A DNA stretch of 64,000 bases, taken from assembly GCA_965113315.1 (NCBI GenBank), contig OZ220363.1; one strand, written 5' to 3'. Positions 11,421 to 25,240 of this stretch are shown piece after piece. The first letter of the stretch is position 1. Each line of letters opens with the position of its first letter. The notes beneath the pieces were generated by a model. The model was not told where the DNA came from and searched no databases. It saw only the letters and a program-made list of their open reading frames with translations. The position numbers and the translations under genes are program-made. Source of the stretch: Podarcis vaucheri. Its lineage: Eukaryota.

Positions 11421-14400
11421 GAAGCATTAATAAATCACTTTGTTCTCTGTTGTTCACTCCAGCAATTTAAAGTCAAGGAATACAGTGAGCGTGTCTTGTC
11501 CTGAACTTCTTAGGCAATAGCCATTGACAGTCATGTCAGCTGTTAATTAATTTAGCTACTCTTGTCTTGTTTACATGGTCACTTGAAGCAACACCTAATT
11601 GGCAGATATGGTCACATTTGCTTACAGCACCAAGGAGTAATTCAAAGTCTACATAAAACTGAAAGAAAGACTATCCAGAATGCATATACCTCCTTATTGT
11701 CACCAGGATACATGGCAATGAAAAGAATACTGTGGCTCACTGTAGTAACTGATTTGGGCTGAGCCACAGGAAGCACAAGGTGATCGGGACAACTCAGAAG
11801 TAAAAAGCATGGAGGAGCAGCTTATTCTGCTCTGTAAGATTCCGTCTGTAAGCTAAATTGGAACACTGGTATTTATATAGGGTAACAACTACAGTTTAAC
11901 ATCCTTCAAAACAGTTTGGAAATCATCAGTTAAGTAAGGAAGTCCTGGCTATGCTGACTATACTTCCATTAGATAAAACAGAATCTAACTGTGGAAGGAT
12001 GTGTGGATCCAGAATTGGCCTCCACAGCCACTTATGGATACACCTTTAAGACCGTGCTCATGGAAGACAATCTTGACTCATCCACGAGTGATCGCCAAAG
12101 AAGAGAGAAATAGAAGGACACTCACAGCAGGAAACTGCCAATAAAGATAGATGGATTAGAAAAAATATAACAGGACACCTGATAGCCATGAAGTGTTCCT
12201 GGCTTCACAACTGAAATAACAGATGTGCATACCAGCCAACAAGCTCAGCCGTCACTTGTTCCAATTCCTATGCTTCTGGCCACTTTTTCATTTTAAAAGT
12301 ACTGCATAAAGAATTAAAGTGTTTATCTATTCATTTCTCCAAAAGTAGTGAAACTTCCTTAAAAGTGTGAAACTACTCCAACCAGGGGAAGAACTGATGG
12401 TGACACTGTGGGGTGGGACGAGGCATCCAATCTGCGCAGTGCATAGCGTGCAGAACTCAACCCTAGAGAGGAACACGAATGCTTCAAGAGAATACAGGGA
12501 CCCCCATTTGCAGTCCCAAACCCAACCCCAACCACTCTATGCCCGCTCTATCTGCCTTCTTCCACACTTCTTGTTCTTCCCTTTTTTTCTTATTCTCCTT
12601 AAGAGAGTATCTTCAGGTGTACTTTCTCCCAGATGCTTTAGGACTTCCACAGAATACAGTATGCTGTATTATTCATGCCTGTTCATTAACTTATAATATT
12701 TATTTTTTAAAGGTGGATCTCATTAGTGTCACAATGACAATTATGTCACTATACCTGTGTTCCATGGCAAAGTGACAAAGGCAGCAGCCCATGTCTAATA
12801 GCTAGCCAATGGCAGCACAATGTCCATTTTACTCTTGGTGTTTCAAGAATCATGAAGTAGATCTTAGGTTTCTACGTAGAGAGAGCTAACAGGAACAATT
12901 CAGAAGAACTGTTTCACATCAATAGCTCTCTGTTGCTGAAGCCCATGGGTGGGAAACCTGGAAGCCTGTCGGTCTGATTTGGCCACTGAGGCCATCCTCA
13001 TCCCAACACACCCACCTGTTACTCACCTGATGTCGCATGAGAGCCACGGCTGCTAAGGAACTATTGGGAACCTTAGGGTGTGCTTCCATTGTGCCTTTGC
13101 AAGTGCAGCCTGTATTGAGTCCAGTTTAAATTTTGCAACGGTGTCATATGTCATCAGGTGATTGACAGCTGCATAGCTCTGCCCATCTGACAAATGTGGT
13201 TGGTGCACTGGTCATAACTAGATCCAGCCTGCCACCTGAAAATGGATCCTCACAACTGCTGAAGTCAATTGGTGATCGCTCTGGGTTGGTGCACTATGTG
13301 AACACCTTGCTTGTGCCAGCTGCTGATTTCTTCCACAAATGGGTGCTCTAGGTTGTTCCCTTTGAGCAGAAGCTGCAGTTCTGTACATTAGCACGGCAGC
13401 AGCAGCAGCAGCAGCAGTAGAAGCAAGGGTCACTGTCTCCTGGCCTTGCTCCTGTGCCTCTAACAAGAGCCTGCCAGTGTCATGCAGAAATTTAGCAGCT
13501 GAAATATTTGCTGGCATGGAGGTAAGTGTTGTGGAAAGCTTTGCCTTCTTTATTTCTGCTGTAAAAGAAACAGGAGCAGGGCTAGGGAGCGGCAGGGCGA
13601 TGAGTGGCAACCCCAGTAGCAGAGCTGGGTAGTGCTCTGCAAAACTGTGGCTTCTGTTGGGATGAGTGAATCAGAGAGCCACATGCCCTTGTCTTCATTC
13701 TGACTGATCAGCTTGAATTATTATGGGGTTTTAGTGCTGCATTTCTGCCTGATGGTGGAGTGTTCCACTTGGTGATTACTTACACAAATTCTGAATGTTA
13801 CCCTTTGCTAAACAGATGACTGCTTTGCCCCAATTCTGTACCTCTGAAGGAATCCCCATGGCTCCTCTATGGGCAGGGAGCAATTCTCTCAAGTGATCCT
13901 AGACAGGTCACTTCACAATGGGGCGGGCAGAAGCTGAGCCTCGTTGGCTGAGTCTTTTTCCAAGGGAGGGAGGGAGGGCCACTCCCTGGTCCCCACTTTT
14001 TAGGAGAGGGAGGGGGCTTGGGGAGGGGCCTTCTTCCCACCCTCCACCAGCCCACCTGCCTGTTCTCATGATGGCAGACCGTTGTGACTCTTGGACAGGC
14101 TAGCTGGAGCTGGGACAAACTGCAGCACACTCATTTGCAACATACTATTGGGGGTTCCTGCTTGCTTCTTGTTTCTATATAAGGCTGACATACGAGGTGA
14201 ATCCCCACTTTGGAAAACAGGTACTGGAGCATTCATTGGGTATCTACCACAGCAATAATTAAGGACAGAAACCGAAGGCCTCCCTGTCCAGTGGCCAACT
14301 GGCCATATCAATTTTCTCTGTTGGCTCTCCCTGACAAAAGAGCACCTTCTGCCCTTCTGAGCACCCTAACTTAAGAAGGATATTGACAAGCTGGAAGGTG

Positions 14401-15321
14401 TGCAGAGGAAAGCAACCAAGATTATGTACAACAGAAAAATGGTATGCAGCCCAATCCAGATCGGGGCCAGCTACTTTCTTTCTAAAACAAAGGAGGTCAA
14501 TTTAAGCATGCTTCTGTTAAAACACATGATTAATGTCATCTGTAGTTGGGTCCTCATTCTCTGTTCTGAGTTGCCATATTCTATTTTTGGAAAGAACTAT
14601 AGAAAGAAAGGAGATAACTTTGGTGACAGAGGAGTAGAGAGAACAGGGATTAAGCATGAGTCTCTCAAGCCAAGGGGGATGAGCTGTTCAGTGGAAATTT
14701 GTTCACTTTACACTTGTAGGCCTCACAGTTTGTTTCCATCAAAAGCAAAACAGTGAGTTGGGCTGCAGTTAAGCTTATTTACAGTAGCTAAGGATGCAAC
14801 CACCGGATGAGATGTTTCATTTGTAGTGGGAGCAAGAGAGGAATTTCCCTAGGAACAGTGGGGTGAGACTGATGGAATGAAGGCAGAACCTTGTTGTCCT
14901 CTTTTCAGCATGAGCTGGGGGGAGGGGGGAGCCAGGCAGTAGCACAGCAGAGAGGCAAGTGGTATATGGCTGCAGAACAGAGAAAGGTTGATTTGAAAGT
15001 GAAGTCAGAGTAAAGGCTTAAAAGCATGTATAACATCACCAGACATCTTTTTTGGAGGGTGGGGGTGGGGTGGAGGAGGTAGTGTGAGAACAGGAATTTG
15101 CAAGACTGTGGAACCACGGATGCAGTGGTTGTGCAACATGGCAGGTCTGCGCACACGTGGAGGAAAAAACTGGGTGATGTGTGTGTTCAAAAGGCAGGCA
15201 AGAGGTAAAGTGGGTGGTCATAAAGAGTGTCCAGAAAAGGGAGAAGGGAAAGGGTAGTCAGGTTGTTCAGTGGAGGCTGGGGGCTGGTGGGGGGGAGAGG
15301 AGGTGGAAGGGAAGTTCTTAC

Positions 15322-15369
15322 CACATTTGGAAAGTCTCCCAGTCATCAACTCCATACAGTTAGTGGTGT
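15322..15369 (-). CDS. BRSK2: BRSK2 48-nt exon (D)TTNCMELMTGRLSKC
   Basis: tctag|ACACCACT...AAATGTG|gtaag, phase 1-1. Matches human DTTNCMEMMTGRLSKC. Confidence 0.96.
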
Positions 15370-16374
15370 CTAGATCGTAAGAGTGGAAAGAGGAAGGAGG
15401 GAAAACAATATAAAAAATCGTTTCCAGATCTCTTCGTAGAAGGCAGTAATGTAGCAATTTTTTTCCTGGAGCAGAAAGTATATATGGGATTGGCATTTCT
15501 ACACTCAGTTGAGATTCTTCCTAAACCTATGCTAGAAGTGTGTTTTTTGGAATCAATCATGTAACACAGAGCAAACACTTTCTCCTCCCTATCGCTGCCA
15601 TATATTTATTATATGTGTTACAATGGATGTCCAAGATTTGGTGACTTTTACATCCTGGCTACCTCAGACAAATTTTGTGAAAAATATCCAAAAATCTAAA
15701 GGCCCACAAGCGAATTCTGAGAGCTAATCAAATGTCAGCATTTACTTGGGTATGTCTGAAAGATGAGAGAAATACCACAAATGACAACTAGGACTGGCTT
15801 CATTCCCACATGAATGCTGACATTTGCCAAATTTCATACATTCACTGTAAAACCTACAGAAAGAAAAATAAAATACTTTGCAACATAGAAATCCCTGGAA
15901 AAGGCTGTTCAGCTAGATCAAATGTGTGAGTCCATTATGATGACTCATAGCACTATGAACATCATTGTCACTAAAATAAAAGCAAAGTATTATTCTACAT
16001 GTACTCAAGATGCCAAGCTATCTTCTCTCACTACTACCTCGTCCACCTCGGGAGCTATAAATGCTATGATATCTTGGGCTTCTCCAGACAACTTATTTTA
16101 TCCCTTAAAACATTCATAGCCTGCTTCTTCTAAGAGTTTATGGCAGCTAGTAAAATGGAAAGAATTACAAAAGAGTGAAAAAAAAGTATATTTATTTATT
16201 TAAAACTACCTCCAAAAAGTTCTTCCTATTGCTAGCAATAAAGTAATGCAGTTTCCACTTGGCGCCAGCAGTAATAATAGCATCCCCCATGAAAAGGGTT
16301 GGGGCTATCCCTCTTTCAAAGGAGGGGGCAGTAATTCCCCTACTTGCAGAGCTGTGTTTTGGGAGAAGGGATTA

Positions 16375-16618
16375 CAGTGGAACCTAGGTTGTCAAACGTA
16401 ATCCGCTCCAGAAGACTGTTCGACTTCCGAAATGTTTGACAACAGAGGCGCAATTGCTGGTCGGCAAATTCCTTTGAAAAAATTGAGAAATGTGCCTTGG
16501 AAGCCATTCGACTTCCGAGGTGCGTTCGAAAAAAACAGAAGCATTCACTTCCAGGTTGTCAGTGTTCGGGTTCTGAATTGTTTGGCTTCTGAAGCGTTCG
16601 ACAACCGAGGGTCTACTG
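16375..16618. mobile_element. Tigger/pogo-like MITE, second family
   Basis: TA flanks (16373-74, 16619-20). Imperfect TIRs cagtggaacctaggttgtcaaacg / cgttcgacaaccgagggtctactg. Internal ttcgacttccga repeats. Confidence 0.85.
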
Positions 16619-17814
16619 TACTTCAAAAATGAGACACATTCAGGATGGCAGCCATAAGGGGTGGGTCAGGGCAAGAATATGTTTTGACAGTAACAGCACA
16701 AGTTTGGGGCTTGTGAAAAGTAACGACTCCAGGAGCAGCCCATTCTGTTTTGGTGCCTGAGGCGAAAAGGGAAGTTTCCATTTCCCCCTCTCCCAACGCT
16801 AAAGCCAGAGTTTTGCTGCTGCCGATTCTCTTTAGTTCTCTAGGGAAGGCAAGAGGTACCTGGGGAACTCTGTTTGCTGGAGAAGTAAGAAGTGGCAGTA
16901 GCAAGAGCTCTTCCTGGCAGAATCCTGCTGCCTGAGGAGGCAATTGCCTTGGCGAGCCTAATCATAACGCTGGCTAGGCTTGACTCACAAGGGAAGCAGT
17001 TGGTGGTAGGCCCAACTCAAGGTTTTTGGCTGCCACCCCCCATGTGTCTTATCTTATGCTGAGCAACATAACGACAGAGCATCTTAAGGCAGCTTCTGCA
17101 CTAGGGCTCTTTAACGCTGCTCAGACATTGCTCTCCTGTGATGAGCCTGAAGCAAAAAGAAACAGTGGCTCTGCAATATAGCACCATATATTGCCTGTAA
17201 CCACGATGGCAGTGTCCATCTCCATGGGCAAGGAGGGCATGGGCATGTTAACCTAGCAGCAAGTTCCATACAGCCATGTTTCTGCTTCTTGTGGCTAATG
17301 GCCCTTTAATTAGGTCCTTCCTCCTTTGTCTCATTGCTATTAAAACAACGCCAGAGCAATCCTATGCATATCTACTCAGAAGCATGTCCCACTGAATTCA
17401 GTTGGGATGGCAGCCCTCAGAGACATTCCAGCACTTCCTCCTTTGCAAAGTGGGAAACGCATTGCTAGCAAAGATGGCTAAAGATAGACGTTCTCTGAAA
17501 GGGGTTAGGTTGTATAAATGTTAGGGTAGAAGAGCAAAGCAAAAGGATAGGTATGCACCAAACAATCCAGCAGGAAGGGATCTTGGAAAAGAGAGGCAGG
17601 TCTAGGGTGACTGTAGATAAGGGAGCATGATCAGAAATAGCAATGTTAGGAAGGGTCCAGCAGGGAGTTGAGAATCTGACTGAGAAAGGGCAGCCACCTC
17701 TTCCTGTAGAGGCCTTGCACAAGGTGAGAATGTTACAGGAAACAAGGAAAACTAGTTATTTAAAAAGTGAAAGGAGAACCTGGAAAGAGTGCATCCATGG
17801 GACAAAGATGAAAG

Positions 17815-18234
17815 ACAAGGCTATCAATGGCCACCAAGTCATGATGGCTCTATATACTATCTTCATTTGCTGGGGAACAACAGAGGAGGGCCACTGAACT
17901 CGGTCCAGTATACCTGAAGGAGCGTCTCCACCCCCATCGTTCTGCCCAGACACTGAGGTCCAGTGCCGAGAGCCTTCTGGCGGTTCCCTCACTGCAAGAA
18001 GCAAAGCTACAGGGAACCAAGCAGAGGGCCTTCTCGTAGTGGCACCCACCTGGTGGAACGCCTTCCCACCAGATGTCAAAGAGAAGAACAACCACCAGAC
18101 TTTTAGAAGACATCTGAAGGCAGCCCTGTTTAGGGAAGCTTTTAATGTTTAATAGTCTATTGTATTTTGATATTCTGTTGGAAGCTGCCCAGAGTAGCTG
18201 GAGAAACCCAGCCAGATGGATGGAGTATAAATAA

Positions 18235-18272
<38 letters not shown>

Positions 18273-18352
18273 GGCTTCCCAGTGGCATCTGCCTGGCCAC
18301 TGTGGGAAACAGAGTGCTGGAACAGATAGGCCTTGGACAGGGCTCCTCTTAT
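17815..18352 (+). mobile_element. Old CR1 LINE 3' end, interrupted by a younger L2 insertion
   Basis: ggctatcaatggc...catgatggct on the left and ggccactgtgggaaacagagtgctgg...agggctcctctta on the right resemble squamate CR1 3' UTRs. A similar uninterrupted fragment lies at about 24772-24912. Confidence 0.6.
17898..18271 (+). mobile_element. L2-clade LINE 3' end with (TTA)n tail
   Basis: Encodes an L2-type ORF2 C-terminus (GPVYLKERL...RAFS...WNA.P...FRRHLKAALFREAF), followed by a short UTR and a taaataaa(tta)n tail. Confidence 0.85.
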
Positions 18353-18429
18353 TTACAAGTCGTTGAAATCATTCCCATGCATGGATGGATGTTTAAGACA
18401 TATATATTTATAGGCTACTGTGATTAACA

Positions 18430-18795
18430 AGTAACCTATGTGGTGGCTTTTGCCTCCATCAGTTGTTCTGGTAAAAGTGGAGCTGTTTCCAAGGTGGGAG
18501 TTATAGAGCTTTGAGGATGGAATGCTCAGAAGGGTTTTATTTATGATGCTGGTGGTCTTATACTCCCGGTTGAGGCCATGCAGTGTTAAGTGTCCCAGTG
18601 TGTACATCCTTGTATTTTCCCTCTTTGCTAACACTTCTGGATCTGTTAGCATATCTATAGCAATTATCGAAAAGTCTGACAGGTTCTCAGGACTGAAATG
18701 TTTAGCAACTGGCTTCACCCCCTTTTTTGGTTTCTAAAACATGTTGGTTGTAGTTTTTATTATGTTCTGGATATGACATCCCTTTTTTGCAGTCA
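18430..18795 (-). mobile_element. Penelope-like element fragment (GIY-YIG endonuclease C-terminal region)
   Basis: Translation KPVAKHFS..LSDFSIIAIDML...KREN..MYTL..L..HGLN resembles the conserved end of vertebrate Penelope ORFs (PVAxHF...E..WI..L.TL.P.GLN). Confidence 0.7.
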
Positions 18796-18848
18796 ATTAT
18801 ATGGATTATAATTATATATGGATTATATTATATGGATTATAATTATAT

Positions 18849-18882
18849 GGACCTAATGGTCAGGGGTCCCTTTACCTTTACC
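18849..18882 (+). mobile_element. Extremely 5'-truncated Sauria SINE / Bov-B-type tail
   Basis: ggacctaatggtcaggggtccctttacctttacc ends in ACCTTT repeats and is flanked by tatatggattata duplications. Confidence 0.7.
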
Positions 18883-21800
18883 TATATGGATTATATTGCA
18901 AGATTTGCTGGTGATGTTCTGTTTTGACAAAAAAAGGTAGAGAAATCCGTAATGGCTATCTTGAAAAAAGCTTCATTTAATTTTACCAGAGCAGCTGATG
19001 AAGGCAGAAGCTGACACACTTTGTTACACAAATAAAGCTCCTTTTGTTAATAAAAATAACATATATATTATTTTAGTGATTAACCAAATCCTAAAAGGAA
19101 TCCAGAACTGGCTTGTATGAGGTACTATTTGACACCCCTCCCCCCGTGTGTGTACACATACACAAAACTGGGCATCCATGCAATTTTTTGGTGAAGATTT
19201 CCGTCAACTGGAGCTCTCCAATAACCCAGCCGTATACCAGACCTGGTCTGCATATGCAGCAGAACGCTGAGGAGGTGGAATAAACTGTGTCTCTTTGGAC
19301 TGCAGATATGAGATACCATGTCTGAATGCTCTTCTGTGTGAAAATTCTCAACAAACGGGAAACTAGAGCATTGTGGAGACAGTTTCAGTCCACCTTTCTG
19401 TTGTGCAAGTCTCCTACTTATAGAGTCTCTTATTGTTGTTTAAACACAGAGAATTATTACCAAAAAAATAACCCCCCACCAGTAGCTCGTAGTGATAAAA
19501 TATGTTCTGCAATTTCAACACGCATATCATCTCCTCCTCATTTTCTCAATGAATGGCAGCTTTATTTCACAAACACAGATGCTGGAAACTGCAGTCCTAT
19601 TCAGAGATCGTTGCATTTCATAAATAACCAATGATTTCTACTAAAGCTTCTGTGTAAAAAGTTCAGCAAGATTCACATCAAGACCTACCAAAGAATAAAG
19701 CACTACAATTATGCAGGCCTCCCCTTCATCCCACAGGACATTTAAAACAGCTTATCAAAATAATAAGCGTTTAAGTTTGCATAAATACATAAAGATGAGA
19801 TGAAGGAACTGTGTGGGACCTACTTTAAATACATCGGTTTCTGATGCTTATCTGATTCTGAAAATAAAGTCAGCAGGTTGCAATCCAGAAATCCCAACCT
19901 TTCCTTAATATTAACAATGCAGGAAGTGTAGTAAGCACAAAATGTCCCACTGCATTGTTAACGGTTACGTATAGCCTATTGCTGGAAGCTGGAACTTGCA
20001 ACAATGGCTGAAAAGTTTAGGAACCACCACAGACATAAAACAGGGCAGGGGGAAAGCAGAGAATTCACTGCTCAGATGAAACAATGGATTATTTTAATAC
20101 TGCCATTTATGGAAAGGGATACACAGACAGTTAACTCCTTCCCAGAGGAGGTGTCTGCTAGAGGAAAGCAATCAGTCCTGATAACAGAACTGGTATCATA
20201 TGGAAATAATCACTATTCATTCTCAGAAACATCATTTCTTACTAATGGCTATAGATTTGTTCTGTGGAACAAAAAGAATGCACAAAATTGAGACATGGGC
20301 AAAAGTGTGGTACTTTTTTTTCTATCTACCCAGGCAGGATTCTCCTTTCATTCAATAAGGACTTCTTGGCAGAGTGAATATCCATGAAGATGGTATTCTC
20401 TTTTCACTCTGAAGATCATGGAGCTTCCAGAATTCAGGTGCATGAATGAAAGTGTGTACCTAAGGCTGCCTGATCAGTGATCATTTCAAGGAAGAAATCT
20501 CCAGTGGCTCAGGGAGCACAGCGCTGAAGTGCTTTGGTGCTGAGTGGCATTTTAGTGGTGCACTTAGCTTTCACCTGTGCACTGAGCTTGTTCCAGTTTG
20601 CATTAGATCAAAAGTAATAAGCAGAGCGAGTCCCAAGAAGCAGAAATGAGAATGAGAATGGAAGATACTAACTGGGATGTGCAGGTGTGACACAGGAACG
20701 CACCACTGAAATGAGATACACGCACAGACAAGGAAACGACGCGATGTCTATTAATATTGGTGTGAGCTTGCAAAGAATGAGAGACAACAGAAAACAGTCC
20801 TGTTCTGAAACCCAGGCAAACCAGTTTAATGGGCCGGCCCACAGCTCAGCAGACCAAGCAGGGTCCGGAGATGTAGCAAGCATCACCTCCACGAAGTCAC
20901 AAGTCCTTGCTGGCAGTGATGGAGCTGGAGACACGTTCAGAGATGGGGTCACCTAGCTGCAAGGTACATCTGTTGCAATATACTGTATCACCCCTCTCCC
21001 TCTCGCAGTACATACAGTATATGTTTGTGCACAGAGAGGCCTCCAGTCACTCACCTGTAATGGAACCTGACCTGGAAGGTGGGGAACACTGTTTTGCTAG
21101 AGCAGGTGAGCTCTCTGAACTTCTCCAGAGGCTAGAATCGGTTACAAATGCTTTGCACTTTAATCTGTGAGTTACAGATTAAATGAACATTGATTTCGAC
21201 TGAGGCTGCTTTTGAAGTAAGCAACTGTTCCTCACAGAATGCAGCTTGATTTGGAGTTACCCAGGCTGCAAAGACATTATGCTAAGCTGAATGGCCCCTC
21301 GTGATTCTATGATCTCCTGGGTGCCAGGGGACAAGAAGGTGGCTTTTGTGTTGGAAGGAGAGCAGTATTCCTTCCCATGCCCATTCAAGGCTCATCTGGC
21401 AATCATCTGGGAACAATTCTTCATTAATTCTATTCCATTTTAAAACAGTGCCATTTGGTGCCAACTTCCCAATAATTCCTATCCCATTTCAAAATTTCCT
21501 ATCCCATTTCAAACGAGCATTATTTTGGTGACATTTTTGCTTCCCTGTTTTCTCAACCACAGCCTGGACATCCATATAATTTTTAAATCACAGCCACATA
21601 CGAAATAAATGTTTCTTGTCAAGAATTCCATCCAGTCACAGGTTTATTTTAGTCTGAATTCACAGAAAGTGGAGGCTGTTTAATAAGTCACTGTGAGTAA
21701 ATGCTACACATGGGAAGTTTGTTCTCTGTTGTTGTTAGCCTCAAAAAGATGCTAACCTTACTGAACTCTTCTAAAAGCATGAAGAGCTGGGGCTAGTGAG

Positions 21801-23027
21801 GACAAAGGCAACTTTCTTCCCATGTGGCTACAACCACTGCATGATGAATTTATATAAGAAGCAGTCATCCTGCAGTGCTGAGGCTTGGAATCTACCCTGA
21901 TGCTCCCTTTGCTTATTGATTTGAAACTCCTTGTTTCCTATCCTAGACCAGCCAGACATCTGCAGATGCAAAGTAAGTGACAGCAGTCTGCCTGACCAGA
22001 TTCAAATTATATTGACCAGTTTTAGACATCTAGTAATTCTTTCCCAATCCTTGCTCTCAGTTGTGAAAGGCTGCCCATCTCCTCCCGTTGATATATTTCT
22101 CACATGCTTGTCATCACAAGGGTGGCTTTAAAGAGTGAGATGAGCTACCACTGGCATAGAGAGAAATTGGACTTTGGGTCTATGTACCTCATGTTTTGTT
22201 CTGTTTTTCCCATACACTTTACAACAGACAAAAGTTTCCTGTAGTGTTGCAGAGTTGTTGTTGTTTGCTTGGAAGAAGCTAAATCCGCTTATCCTAGTGA
22301 CCTTCACGAGGTGAAGCAGTGAAGATCAGGGCTTGTGGAAGGCTAGAGAGGTAGTAGGGGAATTGCTAAATGAAGAGATTGCCAGTAGATAAATGTTCAT
22401 CCCATTCATGAAAGGGGCTAAAGGGTAATAAAAAATTATTTCCTCATGGAGTGTGGCATAAAACTGTAACAGGCGAGATATTTCTGCCATTGCTCAGCCA
22501 TTTCCACTTCATTAGAGTGAGCAGATAAAATGGCATGTGGCTTCTTCAGAGTAAGTGACTTTCCAAAAATCAGTCTTGCTCTAAACTCCCAGTAATTCCC
22601 ATTTGCTAGCAAAAGTCACTTCCTCCCCAGGAGCTAACTCAGGCCATTGTTTCTTTTAAAAAATGGTTTGTAGAGGACTCTTTCATCCGATACATTTTGA
22701 GGCATGTCCATGATTTTGGGGTGGGGGGATTTTTTGGAATTAAACAAACTGCTGATGACACTTCCTGTGAAAAGGGGGACAAATGGCTCTTGGGGCAGGG
22801 CAGGGCAGTTCACGTGGAGGTGGGGGGGATGCATTTAGGAAATGGGAATTGGTGCAAGGCAGGTGGGAGTGGAGCAAATGGCAGGGGAGAGATGTGCAGA
22901 GGAGTCTTACTGTTTGTGCTGAATGAAACTAGTTTTCTAGGTGCAACTTGAGGGCTATGCTTCCAATAGGTGCTTCCAATTCATGTCCTTGCCTGAAGCA
23001 AAGCACTGAGCTGTGGAAGCTACTTAC

Positions 23028-23117
23028 CTGATAACTGCTGCACTGAAGGCTGGTCATGTGTGCTTAACAACTGTGCCTGAATGGTTTCTACTACCCTCTT
23101 AAAGCGACGGCTTGGAC
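23028..23117 (-). CDS. BRSK2: BRSK2 90-nt exon (G)[29 protein letters not shown], end of KA1 domain
   Basis: ttttcacag|GTCCAAGC...TTATCAG|gtaagt, phase 1-1. Near-identical to human BRSK2. Confidence 0.97.
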
Positions 23118-25059
23118 CTGTGAAAAGACACATCGGACTTTGAGTTGTGGAAGAACTGAACACTGCTGTGGAAGGGAGAGTGTAGGAAGAGAGCACATTT
23201 CCATTAACTTTTCTGCTCAGTATTAGACTTCATCTGAAAGCTTCTCATCCTTATGTTTACAGATATGTCCAATTCCCTTCTGTTAATTATTTCTTCTCCT
23301 TTATATTCCCCCCATGCCACCATTTTGCTGCTCCTCTGCCAGCCCCTCTGGCTTCTCTCTCTCACTCCTGCCTCTGGGCTTCCAGCCATGCTGCTCCCTA
23401 TGCTCAGAATAGACCCCACCTCTCTGTTCAGCAAATAATTTCATTTCTCTCTCCCAAGTCCTTATCTCAAGACTCACTTATGCAACAAAGTTTTTTTCAG
23501 AACCAGCTACCAGAGGCTCACTTTACCTGCTCCTCCATTACTAATTTAGTCTCTCTTTCTTGATCCCCATGACTTTCTATCAATCCTTGAGCTTTCTTCT
23601 ATCTTGCCTAGTTAATGAAAATGGGAAATCCTCTAGAAAGGAATGGTGTCACTTTTATGTTCTGTACAGCATGCACCTAAGGACTTTGTTCCAGCTCTAT
23701 GAAAGTTTAATATTAGTAGCAGTAGGTTATGCCTATCACATTCTTAATAAAGCTTTATGAAGACACACTTCCCTCTGAAACTTACTAGACCTTCCAGCTC
23801 CCTTGCAACATCTGTAGATCTCATTATATTATACTTAACTACCTAGTTTGTATACCCCTGGTACCTCTACCATTTCTCCCCAACATGGCCAGCAAAAAAA
23901 CACTGTTCCTTGTTTGCTTGTTTGTATTTTTAAAAAAAACACTGCTTAGTCTCCAGGAATTTGTGTAACCCAAATCCCCAAAGCAAAGTAGAACTATATG
24001 TAATCTAAATAACCATCCATTTCCAAAGCTTTTGCCTTTTTTAAAAGCACTCCAGAACAGCTGGCGTCCCATGAAGCTAAACACAGCCAGTATGACTAAA
24101 GAGGGTGGAGTGGTAAACTCAACCCACCTCAATTTGAGTACTGCTAGTCATGTAATGTGGCTTACCAAGTGTTTGACAGGCCTACCATTTTATTTTATTT
24201 TAAGTTTCAGGCAGGCAACAAAAGCAGATTTACTGAGTCCCTGTTGGACCGCCATACCTGGATGATGGACAATGTTCATCCGGGCAAGTCACAAGCTACA
24301 CGTACCTGCTCTACTAGGCTAAATGCCCCAAATAACATCTTAAGGGCACCAATTTTGAAAGCTCTTTTCCAGAATTCTGAAGACTAGTTTGACTGCTAAA
24401 ATGTTTCCTTTTGAAGCTGCCTCAAACACAAACAAATCCAGAGAGGCAGCTGTGTTAATCTGTTGCAGCGAAAACAACAGAAAGTTTTGTGGCCCTTTTA
24501 AAGACCAATGAATGGTATATTTGATCGTCAACCCTACACAAGAAAAGAAATACAAACCATGTAAATCACTGTGTGTGATAAGTGCATTTCACAGCATGTA
24601 TATCTGACATCCACACACAAGGAAAACATAAGCTGTGTTAGTAAGCTACAACTGTTAGCAGTATAATTATGCACATGCACGGCAAAAAAGTGTGATGTGC
24701 AATTTTCAATGCATGATGACCAGCAATTTGAATGGCTTTAAGAGAGGATTAGACATGTCCATAAAAGATAACACTATCAATGGCTATTAGCCACAATGCC
24801 TGTGTTCTGACTCTACTGTGTGAGACAGTCTGTGAATGCCAGATGTTGGGAATCACAACTGGGGAGGCTGTGGTTGCACCCAGGGGTCCTGATCTAGCAG
24901 GGATTTTCTTACAAAAATCTAGACACCATTTGAACACTTCCACATACATGCAAACTGCTGCTGCCTGTTGAAGAAATTAACTACAATTAAGGCTGCCCTC
25001 GCTATTTTGTCTGTGCTCCTCCACCTCCTCCATGCAGACAGCAAGCGTGCGACAATTAC

Positions 25060-25240
25060 CTGATAAAAGTGTGAAAGTGACTGAGTAGATCCCGTTCTCT
25101 TTCTGGGCCTCCCCACCTTCTGTGTATGTTATGTCCACTTGGAACTTCACTGGCTTCTGAAAGACAGCAGGGCCCCCTGTGGATTTGTACTCTGCGCGGA
25201 AGCTTGTCTGTGAGATGACGCTGTGACTGAGGCTGGGGAT
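25060..25240 (-). CDS. BRSK2: BRSK2 181-nt exon [60 protein letters not shown] (KA1 domain)
   Basis: ctag|ATCCCC...TTATCAG|gtaatt, phase 0-1. Near-identical to human BRSK2. Not listed in the ORF track. Confidence 0.97.

Noticed and set aside
13218-13610. 130-aa ORF with poly-Ala
   Set aside because: The poly-Ala comes from a short (GCA)n microsatellite. No recognisable domain or splice signals.
17465-17722. IAISDHAP peptide suggesting an L1 endonuclease remnant
   Set aside because: A single short motif with no other supporting endonuclease motifs is too weak to call.
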